DNA of 64,000 nt, taken from assembly GCA_963664705.1 (NCBI GenBank), contig OY761556.1, positions 5,440,001 through 5,504,000 of the forward strand. Direction: 5' to 3'. How positions within the stretch are numbered: the first letter of the stretch is position 1; every line of letters starts with the position of its first letter. Under the pieces are notes generated by a model. That model saw only the letters and a list, made by a program, of their open reading frames with translations. It had not been told where the DNA came from and ran no database searches. The position numbers and the translations under genes are program-made. The DNA is from Acidobacteriota bacterium. Its GTDB lineage: Bacteria; Acidobacteriota; UBA6911. Of this stretch, positions 46,250 to 56,139 are shown in pieces.

Positions 46250-48565
46250 CTATTGCAGGATCTGAGGAGTAATTGCACTTAACGAACGGATGTCCTGAGT
46301 TCCAAACAAAGCCACGCTCATCAGCGGGAAATCGCTTCGGATTCGAAAATAGCCGCCGACCTGTCCCGCCGCTGCCGGCACAAGCTGGCTGATCATTCTC
46401 GCAATTTTTGCATGTGCTGGAAGCGAGGACTGATAGGATCCTACCAGGCTTCCGTCTTTTTGATATACATCCAGCGTAAATCCTGTTGGCTGATCATTCG
46501 GATTCTGCAGGGCAATCCCTGTGTAGTACCCGCCGCCTTCCGCTACCTGGGAGTAGATGCAATCGGTTGCAGGCGTGAGAACCAGTGGAAGCGTTGCGGA
46601 AGCGGATCCATCCGATCCTGAGTATCGGATTGCTCCCGCGATAGCCGGACTTATCTGGAAAGGACTAATGCTGGGTCCGACCTCAATACTGAAGGATCCC
46701 GTCACAAGGTTTGATCCAAGGCTGGGAAAGAGACTCGCAAATGAGCGACTGACCTGTGCTCCTGGAGCAATGGATATTCCTACGGGATTTCCCTGCACCG
46801 GAATCTGCTGGCCGGAATCGTCCAAAAGGGTCAATGTGATCGCCGCGGTGATTTGACTGCTGCTGTTTACCAAATCCAGTTCCGTGGAATACAGCCCTCC
46901 CGTTGCAAAATGGGGTACATAGGACTTCTGAATGGTTGATGGGAACTGAGCCGGAAGCACATTCGATTCAAGGGAGTTGCCAAAATTGTTGCGCAGCATG
47001 AATCCTTCGTCGGAGCGCGCTTTGATATACCCGCCGTCAAAGGCACTCAGGTTGATCCCAAAAATATCACGGACATCTTTCAGGAGTATGCCGCCGGCAG
47101 GCAGAGTTTCGCTTTTGCTTGCAAGCACCGTCCCCCCGGCATCAAGCAAGTCGAAATTGACAGTGGCGCTTGAGGCTGAGGGATTATACGTTTCCAGGAG
47201 ATTGTAGTAGCCAAGCCCTTCCCGAAAGAGAACCGGCATGAGCAAATTAAGCGAACTCGTAATTTCTCCGTTGCTGCCGTCAAGTCTCGGTCCCGCAACG
47301 TCACCGAGTATATAGAAGCCCTTGATGTTTGAATGAGCGCTAACCCGGATTGTGCCGGCGGAAGAAGCGTTAAAGGAAGCCCCGAATATTTCCAACGCCA
47401 TTTTTGCATACTGACCGTTTGGGGGCAGCATGACATTCACGGGATTGGTAATATCTTTTCCTTCAAGGATTTTACCGTCGCTGTCATAGGCAGTCAGAGT
47501 CGCCATAACAAGAAAATCCTCGGGGTTTGTCAGGGCGATGCCCGTGTTTGTCGCTTCGTGCGCAGCCAGAAATGGGAAGACAAGTATCGTCGAACCGGTA
47601 GAGAGCTCGGATGTGTCAGGGACAAGCCGCTCGACATAACGTGGGACTTTTGTGGTATCTGTTCCGATTGGCCCTATCGCCGCCTGAAACTGAATTACGC
47701 CCTGGGCGGTTTCCGGTATCTGCGTCAAGTTGACGTTGAATCGAAAAGTCTCAATTGCCGCCGAACTGCCCTGCGCGGCGATAAACTGGTAGACCACATC
47801 AGTGGAGCCATCGGCTCGAGGGATCGTTTCGGGTTCGCCCGAAAGCGTTATAAACGTTGCACCCGTATTGGCCACACCCATCGCATCAAATGTGATCTGG
47901 GCCCCACTGGGAAGTGGCGGATATGGAGTGATGCGGATCTGGGTCGGTGTTGTCTGTCCGCCGATCCCCACAGAGTCCGAAAAGGCATTTGGGTACTGCT
48001 CGGAAACATCGACATAACTGCTGCTATTGGCTTCACCATTGATCCAAGAGAGCAATGGACTGCCTTGTTGGACCGAGATCGGTCCCTTGACCGCGTCGAT
48101 CACCACCGGATTTCCCTGCCATGCATCAATCAGATTTCCGCCGACACTTGCGTTCGAGATAACCACTTTTACAGAGTCTACGTCGTTCCCCGCAATCGCG
48201 ACCCGAACTCCCGAAATGAGTATCATATCTCCCGTGGTGCCGTCGGCCGGTACGTCAACGATAAGCGAATTGCCGGAGATAATTGGAGTTGATTCAACGC
48301 CGGCCAGCCCCCCCGTTCCACTTACCTCGATTTCTGAAGCGTCATTGTTAACAATCGGGCAGGAATAGGTGAGGATGAAAGGAACCGCTACAGTTGTTCC
48401 GGTAAGCACAGTGAATGAAATGCTACCCGCCTGTTCCGCACGTCCTATGTCGGCGGCAGTCACCGGCCCGCTGGCCACAACGAAAGAAGCCTGGGCGAAT
48501 ATTGACGGGCATAATAGGAAGAGCGAAACCAGCACTGTGAGAATATGAACCGGTTTGACCTGCAT
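46250..48565 (-). CDS. Secreted S-layer-like protein, paralogue of 42612-44108 with repeated C-terminal beta domains
   Basis: Signal peptide; ISGVRVA and VSEQYPNAF; repeated TNTGIALTNP / YSTELDLVN / YYTGIALQNP; GGAGG RBS. Confidence 0.7.
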   Translation of the reverse strand: MQVKPVHILTVLVSLFLLCPSIFAQASFVVASGPVTAADIGRAEQAGSISFTVLTGTTVAVPFILTYSCPIVNNDASEIEVSGTGGLAGVESTPIISGNSLIVDVPADGTTGDMILISGVRVAIAGNDVDSVKVVISNASVGGNLIDAWQGNPVVIDAVKGPISVQQGSPLLSWINGEANSSSYVDVSEQYPNAFSDSVGIGGQTTPTQIRITPYPPLPSGAQITFDAMGVANTGATFITLSGEPETIPRADGSTDVVYQFIAAQGSSAAIETFRFNVNLTQIPETAQGVIQFQAAIGPIGTDTTKVPRYVERLVPDTSELSTGSTILVFPFLAAHEATNTGIALTNPEDFLVMATLTAYDSDGKILEGKDITNPVNVMLPPNGQYAKMALEIFGASFNASSAGTIRVSAHSNIKGFYILGDVAGPRLDGSNGEITSSLNLLMPVLFREGLGYYNLLETYNPSASSATVNFDLLDAGGTVLASKSETLPAGGILLKDVRDIFGINLSAFDGGYIKARSDEGFMLRNNFGNSLESNVLPAQFPSTIQKSYVPHFATGGLYSTELDLVNSSSQITAAITLTLLDDSGQQIPVQGNPVGISIAPGAQVSRSFASLFPSLGSNLVTGSFSIEVGPSISPFQISPAIAGAIRYSGSDGSASATLPLVLTPATDCIYSQVAEGGGYYTGIALQNPNDQPTGFTLDVYQKDGSLVGSYQSSLPAHAKIARMISQLVPAAAGQVGGYFRIRSDFPLMSVALFGTQDIRSLSAITPQILQ

Positions 48566-48877
48566 ACGTTATACCTCCGCAAGATAGAACATCAGTAGGC
48601 TCCATACAGCGCGCCCTTGGTGTTTCCAAATACCCCCACCATAAAGCTTATAATATGGAAAACCTAATGACCAGATGGCCTAATATATTAATTATTAAAG
48701 AGTTACCAGCGTCCAGACATCTCCGCAAGCCTGATGCCGGTCCGGAAAGAATCCGCCTGCCAGCAATCCGCCGGCTTGCCGCTTTTCCGGGCGCGCCCGA
48801 AAGCGGGGACAAACGGCAATTGCTGTTCACGCAGGTATTTCCGGAGACCCCGGTAGACATTTCGGCAGAATCAGAGG

Positions 48878-51838
48878 TTATTCGTAGAATAAATCGGTGT
48901 GGGAGAGATTCTTGTCCATGGGTGCTTTGTATTGATCCATTCGCGCGAGTGCCATAATTTTATCGCTTGGAGTATATTCCGGGACGATCTCTTTCATTTT
49001 GTCGACCAGGTCGGGGAGGTTTTTGGAATCGACCATGGAACCTAAATCCTTCAACCACTCTCTCACTTTTTCCGGGCTGACATAGCCACCGTCTAAAACT
49101 CTGATTTTCTCGTGAGAGGTCGGTTTAATGCCCTCACCTTCCAATCGGACTTCCTCAAACAACTTCTCGCCTGGACGGAGCCCGGTATAGACGATTGGGA
49201 TATCGATTTCGGGATCAAGCCCTGAAAGACGTATTAGCGCACGCGCCAGTTCAACAATCTTCACCGGTTCACCCATCTCCAATACGAAAATTTCGCCACC
49301 ATCGCCCATTGTTGAAGCCTGAAGGACCAGTTGCACGGCTTCCGGAATGGTCATGAAATATCGTTGGACCTCTGGATGGGTGACCGTGATCGGTTTTCGG
49401 GCTGCAATCTGTTGTTCAAAGATAGGCACAACACTGCCGCGGCTTCCAAGGACATTCCCGAATCGTACCGATACAAAGCGCGTGGAATGATGTTGCAGGC
49501 TCAGGATCAGCAATTCCGCAATACGTTTTGTCGCCCCCATGATGTTGGTGGGATTGACCGCCTTGTCGGAGGAGATCATCACAAAATCCTCAACCTTGAA
49601 TTGCTTTGAGACCAATGCCACATTGCGTGTTCCAAAGACATTGTTCCTGATTGCCTGAAAGCAGTTCAGCTCCATCATGGGTACGTGCTTATAAGCCGCG
49701 GCATGAAAGACCGAGTTAGGCCGATGGCTGCCAAAGGTTTCCTGCAATTGGTGCATGTCCAGAATGTCGCCGATCACCGAAATGCAGTTCACCGCGGGAT
49801 AGTTTTCTCTAAGCTCGTTCCCGATCTGGAAAAGGTCGCTTTCCGATCGTTCAAACAAAACGATTTTGGCCGGATCGAACGCGGCTATCTGACGGCACAA
49901 TTCGGATCCGATCGATCCGGCAGCGCCCGTGATCAGGACCACTTTGCCCTGCAGCTTGGTCCGGATATTCGCCAAATCCAGCTTTACAGGCTTTCGACCC
50001 AGAAGATCTTCGACTCGAACGTTGCGCAGGTTGCCTACCGATAACGCTCCTTTGATAATGTCGCCTATTGCGGGAAGCGTTTTGAACTCCACCTTGCACT
50101 CACGGCATTTATCAATGATGCGCTGGATCTGCCGGCCGGATGCCGACGGAATCGCTATAAAAATGTGGCCGACATCATTTCCTTTTATGAGGTCGGGGAG
50201 TGCATCAACATTTCCGAGGACTTTGACCCCCTGAATCTTTATTCCTTTCTTGCTCGGATCGTCGTCCACAAACCCCACGGCGTTGTAATCCAACTGTTCA
50301 TTGTCCCGCAGTTCGCGGGCAATAACGCTTCCTGCCCGTCCCGCGCCGATAATGAGAGTGTTTGTCTGGGTCAGGTAAATCCGGGCGCTTTCATAATAGG
50401 CCCTGACCGCAAAGCGAGCGCCGCCCACCATCAGAATGGTCAGGATTGGATCGATGACGAAAAGGGATCGGGGATAATTGCTTAAGCCATAGGTGAGGCC
50501 AATGCCTGCATAGATGAGTGGCGCGGAAACCGCCGCCGCCTTAATGATATCCAACAGGTCGCTCATCCCGACGTACCGCCACCAGCCGCTGAACAAACGA
50601 AAAATGGAAAATACGATCAGCTTGATCAGCAGGACAAGAAGCAGTGTGCTGAAAAAAACCGCGCGATATGGGTCCGGGAGGCTGATGTCCAGCCTCAACA
50701 TGAAGCTCAAGTAATAGCTGAGCGAAATCAGGCATAAGTGAGAAAAAACAATCACCAGCTTGCGATAGCGCAAAGCATAAGCCCGAACGTGCGGTTTCAG
50801 CGATGCTGCAGCGTTTCGTTCGCACCCGGAGACGAAGAGCCAGAGGCCAAGAGCCAGAACCGGGAGAACAACAACGCCGTCAATGGCCAATCCGATTTGT
50901 CCCTGTGACCATGAGAATGCCAGCGCGGCGCCGGCGAGCGAAAGCGAACCATAAAGAAGAGCAACGGAACCGGGTCCCTGCCCCGCGATCATCAGGCGCT
51001 GATACAGGTGAGAGCGGTGCGCGAGAAACACATTTTCGTGATTGATAAGCCTGCGAAAAAAAGTGAGGACGGTATCGAAAACAAAAGGCCAGACAAGCAT
51101 CAGGCCGACAAAAAAGGCTCCAGGCATTCCGGGGTTCAGCCTGGTACAAATCAGCGGGAAAACCGCGAAACTGTACCCCAGAAAGGCGCTTCCCACATCG
51201 CCCATGAAGATTCTTGCCGGCGTCCAATTGTGCCGCAGGAACCCCATACTGCTGGCGACAATTAGAATTCCGGGAACAGAAAGCATGGTTTGGCCGCTGA
51301 TGATTCCAACGTAGCACCAACCTGCGCCGGCGATAACTGCTTGCAGCCCCGCAATACCGTCGCTGCCATCCATGAAGTTGTAGGCGTTGGTGAGCCCCAC
51401 AATCCAGAGGAAAGTAAGAAAAAGGCCGACGTATCCCAAATCCACCGGAGTGTGAAAAGGTAAGGAGATCTTCGTCCAATACCCACATCCCATGATGGCT
51501 ATCGCGGCTGCAATGCTGTGCATCAGGAAGCGGATCCAACTGGGAAGAGGATGCAGATCATCCAGCCAACTGACAATCGCTATCAGCAACGCGCCAATGA
51601 CATAATATGGAAATCCCGGCCAGAGTTGAGATGGCTGCAATACCCTCCAGCCGATGCCGCCAAGAAGCGTGATGAGAACGATCGCCAGACCTCCCCCGCG
51701 CGGCGTCGGTCGGACGTGTGAACTGCGTTCATTCGGAATGTCCAGGATTTGACGCTTTCGAGCCCAGTCGCCGTAGACTCGCACCAAGAAATAGGAAATT
51801 AGGAATGCCATGAATGCAATGGCAAACAATAAGTGCAT
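48878..51838 (-). CDS. Fusion of MraY/WecA(WbpL)-type polyprenyl-phosphate sugar-1-P transferase and PglF/CapD(WbpM)-type UDP-GlcNAc 4,6-dehydratase
   Basis: N-half: DIPNERSSHVRPTPRGGG, WLDD, NAYNFMDGSDG, IFMGDVGS, AHRSHLYQRL. C-half: GAGRAG, EDLLGR, TGAAGSIGSELCRQ, HAAAYKHVP, SDKAVNP, RFGNVLGSRGSV, GLRPGEKL. One open frame. Confidence 0.9.
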   Translation of the reverse strand: MHLLFAIAFMAFLISYFLVRVYGDWARKRQILDIPNERSSHVRPTPRGGGLAIVLITLLGGIGWRVLQPSQLWPGFPYYVIGALLIAIVSWLDDLHPLPSWIRFLMHSIAAAIAIMGCGYWTKISLPFHTPVDLGYVGLFLTFLWIVGLTNAYNFMDGSDGIAGLQAVIAGAGWCYVGIISGQTMLSVPGILIVASSMGFLRHNWTPARIFMGDVGSAFLGYSFAVFPLICTRLNPGMPGAFFVGLMLVWPFVFDTVLTFFRRLINHENVFLAHRSHLYQRLMIAGQGPGSVALLYGSLSLAGAALAFSWSQGQIGLAIDGVVVLPVLALGLWLFVSGCERNAAASLKPHVRAYALRYRKLVIVFSHLCLISLSYYLSFMLRLDISLPDPYRAVFFSTLLLVLLIKLIVFSIFRLFSGWWRYVGMSDLLDIIKAAAVSAPLIYAGIGLTYGLSNYPRSLFVIDPILTILMVGGARFAVRAYYESARIYLTQTNTLIIGAGRAGSVIARELRDNEQLDYNAVGFVDDDPSKKGIKIQGVKVLGNVDALPDLIKGNDVGHIFIAIPSASGRQIQRIIDKCRECKVEFKTLPAIGDIIKGALSVGNLRNVRVEDLLGRKPVKLDLANIRTKLQGKVVLITGAAGSIGSELCRQIAAFDPAKIVLFERSESDLFQIGNELRENYPAVNCISVIGDILDMHQLQETFGSHRPNSVFHAAAYKHVPMMELNCFQAIRNNVFGTRNVALVSKQFKVEDFVMISSDKAVNPTNIMGATKRIAELLILSLQHHSTRFVSVRFGNVLGSRGSVVPIFEQQIAARKPITVTHPEVQRYFMTIPEAVQLVLQASTMGDGGEIFVLEMGEPVKIVELARALIRLSGLDPEIDIPIVYTGLRPGEKLFEEVRLEGEGIKPTSHEKIRVLDGGYVSPEKVREWLKDLGSMVDSKNLPDLVDKMKEIVPEYTPSDKIMALARMDQYKAPMDKNLSHTDLFYE

Positions 51839-51876
51839 CGGAACACCAATCGGTTTTCGGTTGAAAAGACGCGCGA

Positions 51877-52746
51877 TTATACCAGTCCGAGATCAATCAG
51901 TTCCATACGAATCCCCTCGAAAAAGGAGCGGGGCTTATACCCGAAATCCATGGTTGCGGGCGAGTGGTCAAAACATTTGTCCTCGATGAGCCTCAGGATC
52001 TGCTCGGATTTGATGGGTAAACGGAACGGAAGATGCTCGCAGGCGCGCAATATCCACACAAACGGAGCCGTCGGGAAAGGCAGCTTTAGGACAGGCCGAT
52101 GCAACAGATTCCCAATGGTGGTGATGACTTCACTGAAGGACAGAGCCGTGCCGCCGGATAGGTTGTAAGAGTTTTTGATCGATTCCTTTGACTGGAGGCA
52201 CTGAATGACGGCATTGGCGATATCATCAACGTATACCGGTTGCTGCAGCGCGTTACCGCCGCCAAAAACAGGCACGCAATGCCATCGACGGATGAGGCGG
52301 ATCAGACGGCACATATTCCGATCGCGGGAGCTGCCGTAGATCATGGTGGGGCGCAACACCGTGTAGTTGAGGCTGCTGTTTTGAATGGTTTTTTCGGCGG
52401 CCAGCCGGACCGCTTTGCTGGGCGCATTCAACCTGGTGAAAATGGAAGTTGTGCTGATGAAAATTGCCCGTTGTACGCCGGCCCGCTCCGCCGCTTTTAC
52501 AATTGCCGGCGCATGACCGAATCCAATCGACGCAATGTTGGCCAGCACATCCATGCCTGCCATCGCCTGATGAAGGGAATCCGTATTGCCAAGGTCCCCG
52601 CGTATAATGCGGACCTGCGACGGAAGCCTGGCGGCATCGCTCTGTGGGCGTACCAGACATGTCACTTCAGCTCCCTGATCCAGCAAACGGGGCACGAGTC
52701 GGCTTCCAGTAAAGCCAGTCGCTCCGGTTACCAGTACCTTCATCAT
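51877..52746 (-). CDS. NAD-dependent epimerase/dehydratase (atypical SDR)
   Basis: VTGATGFTG, LRPTMIYG, QPVYVDD; ATGA overlap with the upstream GT. Confidence 0.88.
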   Translation of the reverse strand: MMKVLVTGATGFTGSRLVPRLLDQGAEVTCLVRPQSDAARLPSQVRIIRGDLGNTDSLHQAMAGMDVLANIASIGFGHAPAIVKAAERAGVQRAIFISTTSIFTRLNAPSKAVRLAAEKTIQNSSLNYTVLRPTMIYGSSRDRNMCRLIRLIRRWHCVPVFGGGNALQQPVYVDDIANAVIQCLQSKESIKNSYNLSGGTALSFSEVITTIGNLLHRPVLKLPFPTAPFVWILRACEHLPFRLPIKSEQILRLIEDKCFDHSPATMDFGYKPRSFFEGIRMELIDLGLV

Positions 52747-53987
52747 CTCCCTCTCCCGGCAAATTCGGCTCTGGTATGCTCGAGAATCTCCAGATAACGT
52801 TTTGCAAGTGCCTGGCGCGAGTAGTTTTCGACGACGAAATGCCGCCCGCGTTGCCCCATGGTTCGTGATTCTTCGGCATGGGCGTGCATCCGGCGAATCC
52901 CGGTGGCAATCGCTGCCGCATTCTCGGGTTCAACCACCAGGGCCGCTCCAGACCGGTTCAATATGTCCGCAGCCTCGCCTCGGACGCTGGCGACAATCGG
53001 TCGCTCCATTGCCAGAATTTCAAACATTTTCGATGGTATAAAAGTGTCGAACAGAGGGATTGCTCTCAACGGAACAAGGCAAACGTCGGAAAGCGCATAA
53101 TAGTTGCGGACCTCCTCCTTTCCAACCGGATCAAGGAATTGGACGTTCGACAGCCGCTTCTCCGCAGCCGCGCGAACGAGGCGGTCCTTTTCAGCACCCT
53201 CTCCAACGAAAAGAAAGCGGATTTGCGATTCGTTGGATAATAGTTCTGCGGATTCGAGTATTTTTGTGAGAGCTTGCGAGATTCCGTGGGCGCCGATGTA
53301 TAGAACGACAAACTTGCCCTCCAGTCCCAGCTGCAACCGCAATCCGGGATTTGCCTGGTCGGGACGCCAGAAATCAATATCCGCGCCGTTTAAAATTGTC
53401 GAAACCTTTTTTCCCGGGATCCCTCGTGACACAAGATTACTTCGAAAGGATTCGGTAACTGTGATGATATGGTCCGCGCGTCGATATAGCGCGAGTTCCC
53501 ATTTTTCGAGCCATCGAATCAGAAAAGGATTTTGGAGCACTCCCAGTTCTACGAAGATTGCAGGCCATAAATCACGAACCTCCATTACAAACGGAATGCC
53601 GAGGCGATTCGATAATGCGGCTGCCGACATTGCCGCAAAAAAGGTAGGGGAAGTGCCAATTGCGATGTCCTGCTTTACGATTCGATGATTGGTAAGAATA
53701 CGCGCGGACGGCCAAAAGGAGAGATGACCTATAGTTTTCTTCAGGATACCTTTGTTGGGCGTGACATAGGTCCAGTTGCGATACACCCGAATTCCGTCGA
53801 GGTCCTCATGCATTCGAAGCGCGGGCCTATAGCCGGGATACAGTTTGCCGGCAGGATGATTGGGAAAGCAGGTCACTACAGAAACATCATTCCCCAATGA
53901 CAGCCATTGCCGTGCGAAATCATGAATACGAGCGGAAGGAGCTCCGATCTCAGGCGTAAAGTAGTGGGAGTAATATGCAATTTTCAT
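52743..53987 (-). CDS. GT4 glycosyltransferase (WbuB-like)
   Basis: HYFTPEIGAPSAR, FPNHP, EVRDLWP, IPSKMFE; MKIAYY start overlaps the upstream stop. Confidence 0.92.
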   Translation of the reverse strand: MKIAYYSHYFTPEIGAPSARIHDFARQWLSLGNDVSVVTCFPNHPAGKLYPGYRPALRMHEDLDGIRVYRNWTYVTPNKGILKKTIGHLSFWPSARILTNHRIVKQDIAIGTSPTFFAAMSAAALSNRLGIPFVMEVRDLWPAIFVELGVLQNPFLIRWLEKWELALYRRADHIITVTESFRSNLVSRGIPGKKVSTILNGADIDFWRPDQANPGLRLQLGLEGKFVVLYIGAHGISQALTKILESAELLSNESQIRFLFVGEGAEKDRLVRAAAEKRLSNVQFLDPVGKEEVRNYYALSDVCLVPLRAIPLFDTFIPSKMFEILAMERPIVASVRGEAADILNRSGAALVVEPENAAAIATGIRRMHAHAEESRTMGQRGRHFVVENYSRQALAKRYLEILEHTRAEFAGRGR

Positions 53988-55969
53988 TTGCATTCAGGTG
54001 TTCCATTTTGGGATAGGCTCAACAAGGATTCGCGTCCGGCATAGTCGATCCTAACTTGCACCTGGCCCGCTTCTCTCTGCAATATCGCCTGGCCGGCAGA
54101 GCCCTTCGATATCAAATATCCAAAGCAAACAGGCAAATCCGCGTTTGGCTGCATTGAAAGCACCGTGTTGGGTTCTCTTTCACCGAAAAACTCCGAATAC
54201 CAACCCTGTGGTTGAGGAGTCATCGCGCCGCGCTGCAGTTGATTGCTGCTGGCACCAAAAGTGGAAACAAACAGTTCCACAGCGGTTCCCTCTATATGCC
54301 AAAGCCCATCCTGAATCTCCTCCAGCCCGAGTTTGGGATGGAGATGCAGATAACTGACCGTTTTTGCAGGTGCCGTTCCATGAATCTCATCCAAGATCAG
54401 CCAGAATTGTCCAGGCTTCCAATACAAGGTGCGACGATGTATTGCTTGCGTGGCAAGGCGCATATAGCCATCATGGCTGCCCTGCACCACCAGATACTCC
54501 GGTGTCTCCAGCCAAAATACCTTTCCCGGCCGGGCACGCCGGGCTACTCGAAAACTGCTCCAAACCTCCGACTGGTTGGCTCCGTCCAGTTCCACCGTAT
54601 TGTGGGCTCTTGTCGAACGAAAGTAATCACGCCACTTTCCCGCGGCGTATCCATGGACTCCCGAATCGACAAAGATCCGCTCTCCGGATACGCGCAGTTC
54701 AAAGGAGAGCAAGTCCGCATGCGCATGAGCGGGCAGATAATCCGGGCAGGGTTTTCCTGCATCAAAAATGAGGTGGTCGCGAAGAGAGTCGTCCCGCATT
54801 ATGTAATACCGGCTGTCTGGGAGCTCCCGGCTCGGCACCAAGTCCGTATTCAAAGGATACCCCGCAAAGCGATTCCATCCCTCAGATCCAAAAAGGAGCA
54901 GCGGATAAAGACCGAAACTCTCGCTCCGCTTGAATTGCGGATCATTGAAATAGACAGCGCCCGCCGCCAGAAGATCAAAAAATGAAGTGCCTTCCCATGT
55001 CGTGTCTTTGAGAAGCGGCAATGCCCCATCGACTGGGGCGATATCAATCAAATAGCCGAGCATCCGCCGTACCGCGTCTTCCAGCCAATCCGGCACGCTT
55101 TCTTTCTGCTGACGAAGACAAAGCGCTATTTCCAGGCAATGCTTCAATACCTGGCAATGATAGCCGGGACTACGCTCAAAATGTCCGCCATCGCGTAGGA
55201 CCTGTTCTGCAAGTTCGCGCTGCAGCCGCTGCATAAGCGTCCCCAGTGATTGCGAGGCAGTTCCACCCGGGCTTGCTAATTCCCAGAAAATCAGTCCGCG
55301 GAGATTTGCGATCAGGTGATTTCCCCGTACATCGGTCTCCAGATCATGAGCCAGGATGTATGCCTGCGCCGAAAGGCTGGCCCGAAACCGCACATCAAAG
55401 GATGGATCGGCCGCCAGTCGGTCTGCAAAACCTGATAAGGCCTGCAGCCAGTTGATCATCCGAATGGAAATGGTGTATGGGTGCCATCCGTTGCCGCGAA
55501 TGCGATCGTTGTAGTCGATCCACGATGAAGCGATGGATCGGAATGTCTGGTATGCCGCTTCAGAATCACGACACACGGAATAGACCAGCAAATCCTGCAG
55601 ATAATCGAAATAATGAAGATGGTAAAGCCATAGTTGACTAAGACTCGAGTCCTGCCATCGAATCCCCGCATCGAATGGGACGGTGTACTTCAAAAAACAA
55701 AAGCGTTTACTGAGCAACCGTTCAGCATTCTCTGCGGATGCGGTCACATGTTCCTTCCAGGGACCGCTTCCCGCGAGCACTGCTGCATCCCAATGGAGAA
55801 TTCTCGGCGGATTTAAATCCGTTGCGGAAATACTCGGAACCTGTTTGTCGATGACCTTCCACCAGGCGTGGCGCAAATATCGACGGCCGCGGCAAAATAT
55901 CTGTTCTGCTCGCAAATGCCGCGCCGTGCTTAGGAACAACCTGGCCCGATGCATCGACTCCATGTTCAT
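53984..55969 (-). CDS. Heparinase II/III-family protein
   Basis: LWLYHLHYFDY, WHPYTISIR, GNHL, DGGHFERSPGYH, HAHADLLSFEL, RSTRAHNTV. Confidence 0.9.
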   Translation of the reverse strand: MNMESMHRARLFLSTARHLRAEQIFCRGRRYLRHAWWKVIDKQVPSISATDLNPPRILHWDAAVLAGSGPWKEHVTASAENAERLLSKRFCFLKYTVPFDAGIRWQDSSLSQLWLYHLHYFDYLQDLLVYSVCRDSEAAYQTFRSIASSWIDYNDRIRGNGWHPYTISIRMINWLQALSGFADRLAADPSFDVRFRASLSAQAYILAHDLETDVRGNHLIANLRGLIFWELASPGGTASQSLGTLMQRLQRELAEQVLRDGGHFERSPGYHCQVLKHCLEIALCLRQQKESVPDWLEDAVRRMLGYLIDIAPVDGALPLLKDTTWEGTSFFDLLAAGAVYFNDPQFKRSESFGLYPLLLFGSEGWNRFAGYPLNTDLVPSRELPDSRYYIMRDDSLRDHLIFDAGKPCPDYLPAHAHADLLSFELRVSGERIFVDSGVHGYAAGKWRDYFRSTRAHNTVELDGANQSEVWSSFRVARRARPGKVFWLETPEYLVVQGSHDGYMRLATQAIHRRTLYWKPGQFWLILDEIHGTAPAKTVSYLHLHPKLGLEEIQDGLWHIEGTAVELFVSTFGASSNQLQRGAMTPQPQGWYSEFFGEREPNTVLSMQPNADLPVCFGYLISKGSAGQAILQREAGQVQVRIDYAGRESLLSLSQNGTPECK

Positions 55970-56139
55970 TCTAAGATGCCCGTTCGTGCATGGAATAGAA
56001 GGCTACACCAGTAACTAAAAATGATACACACGATACCCCAGATTGCCCCATAGCTCACCAGGGTTTTCTACCAAGAGCCAAGATTCCAGATTTTGGCTTT
56101 GATGGTGGAGAGGATGTGAACGGTTGGAGTGGATGTTTA

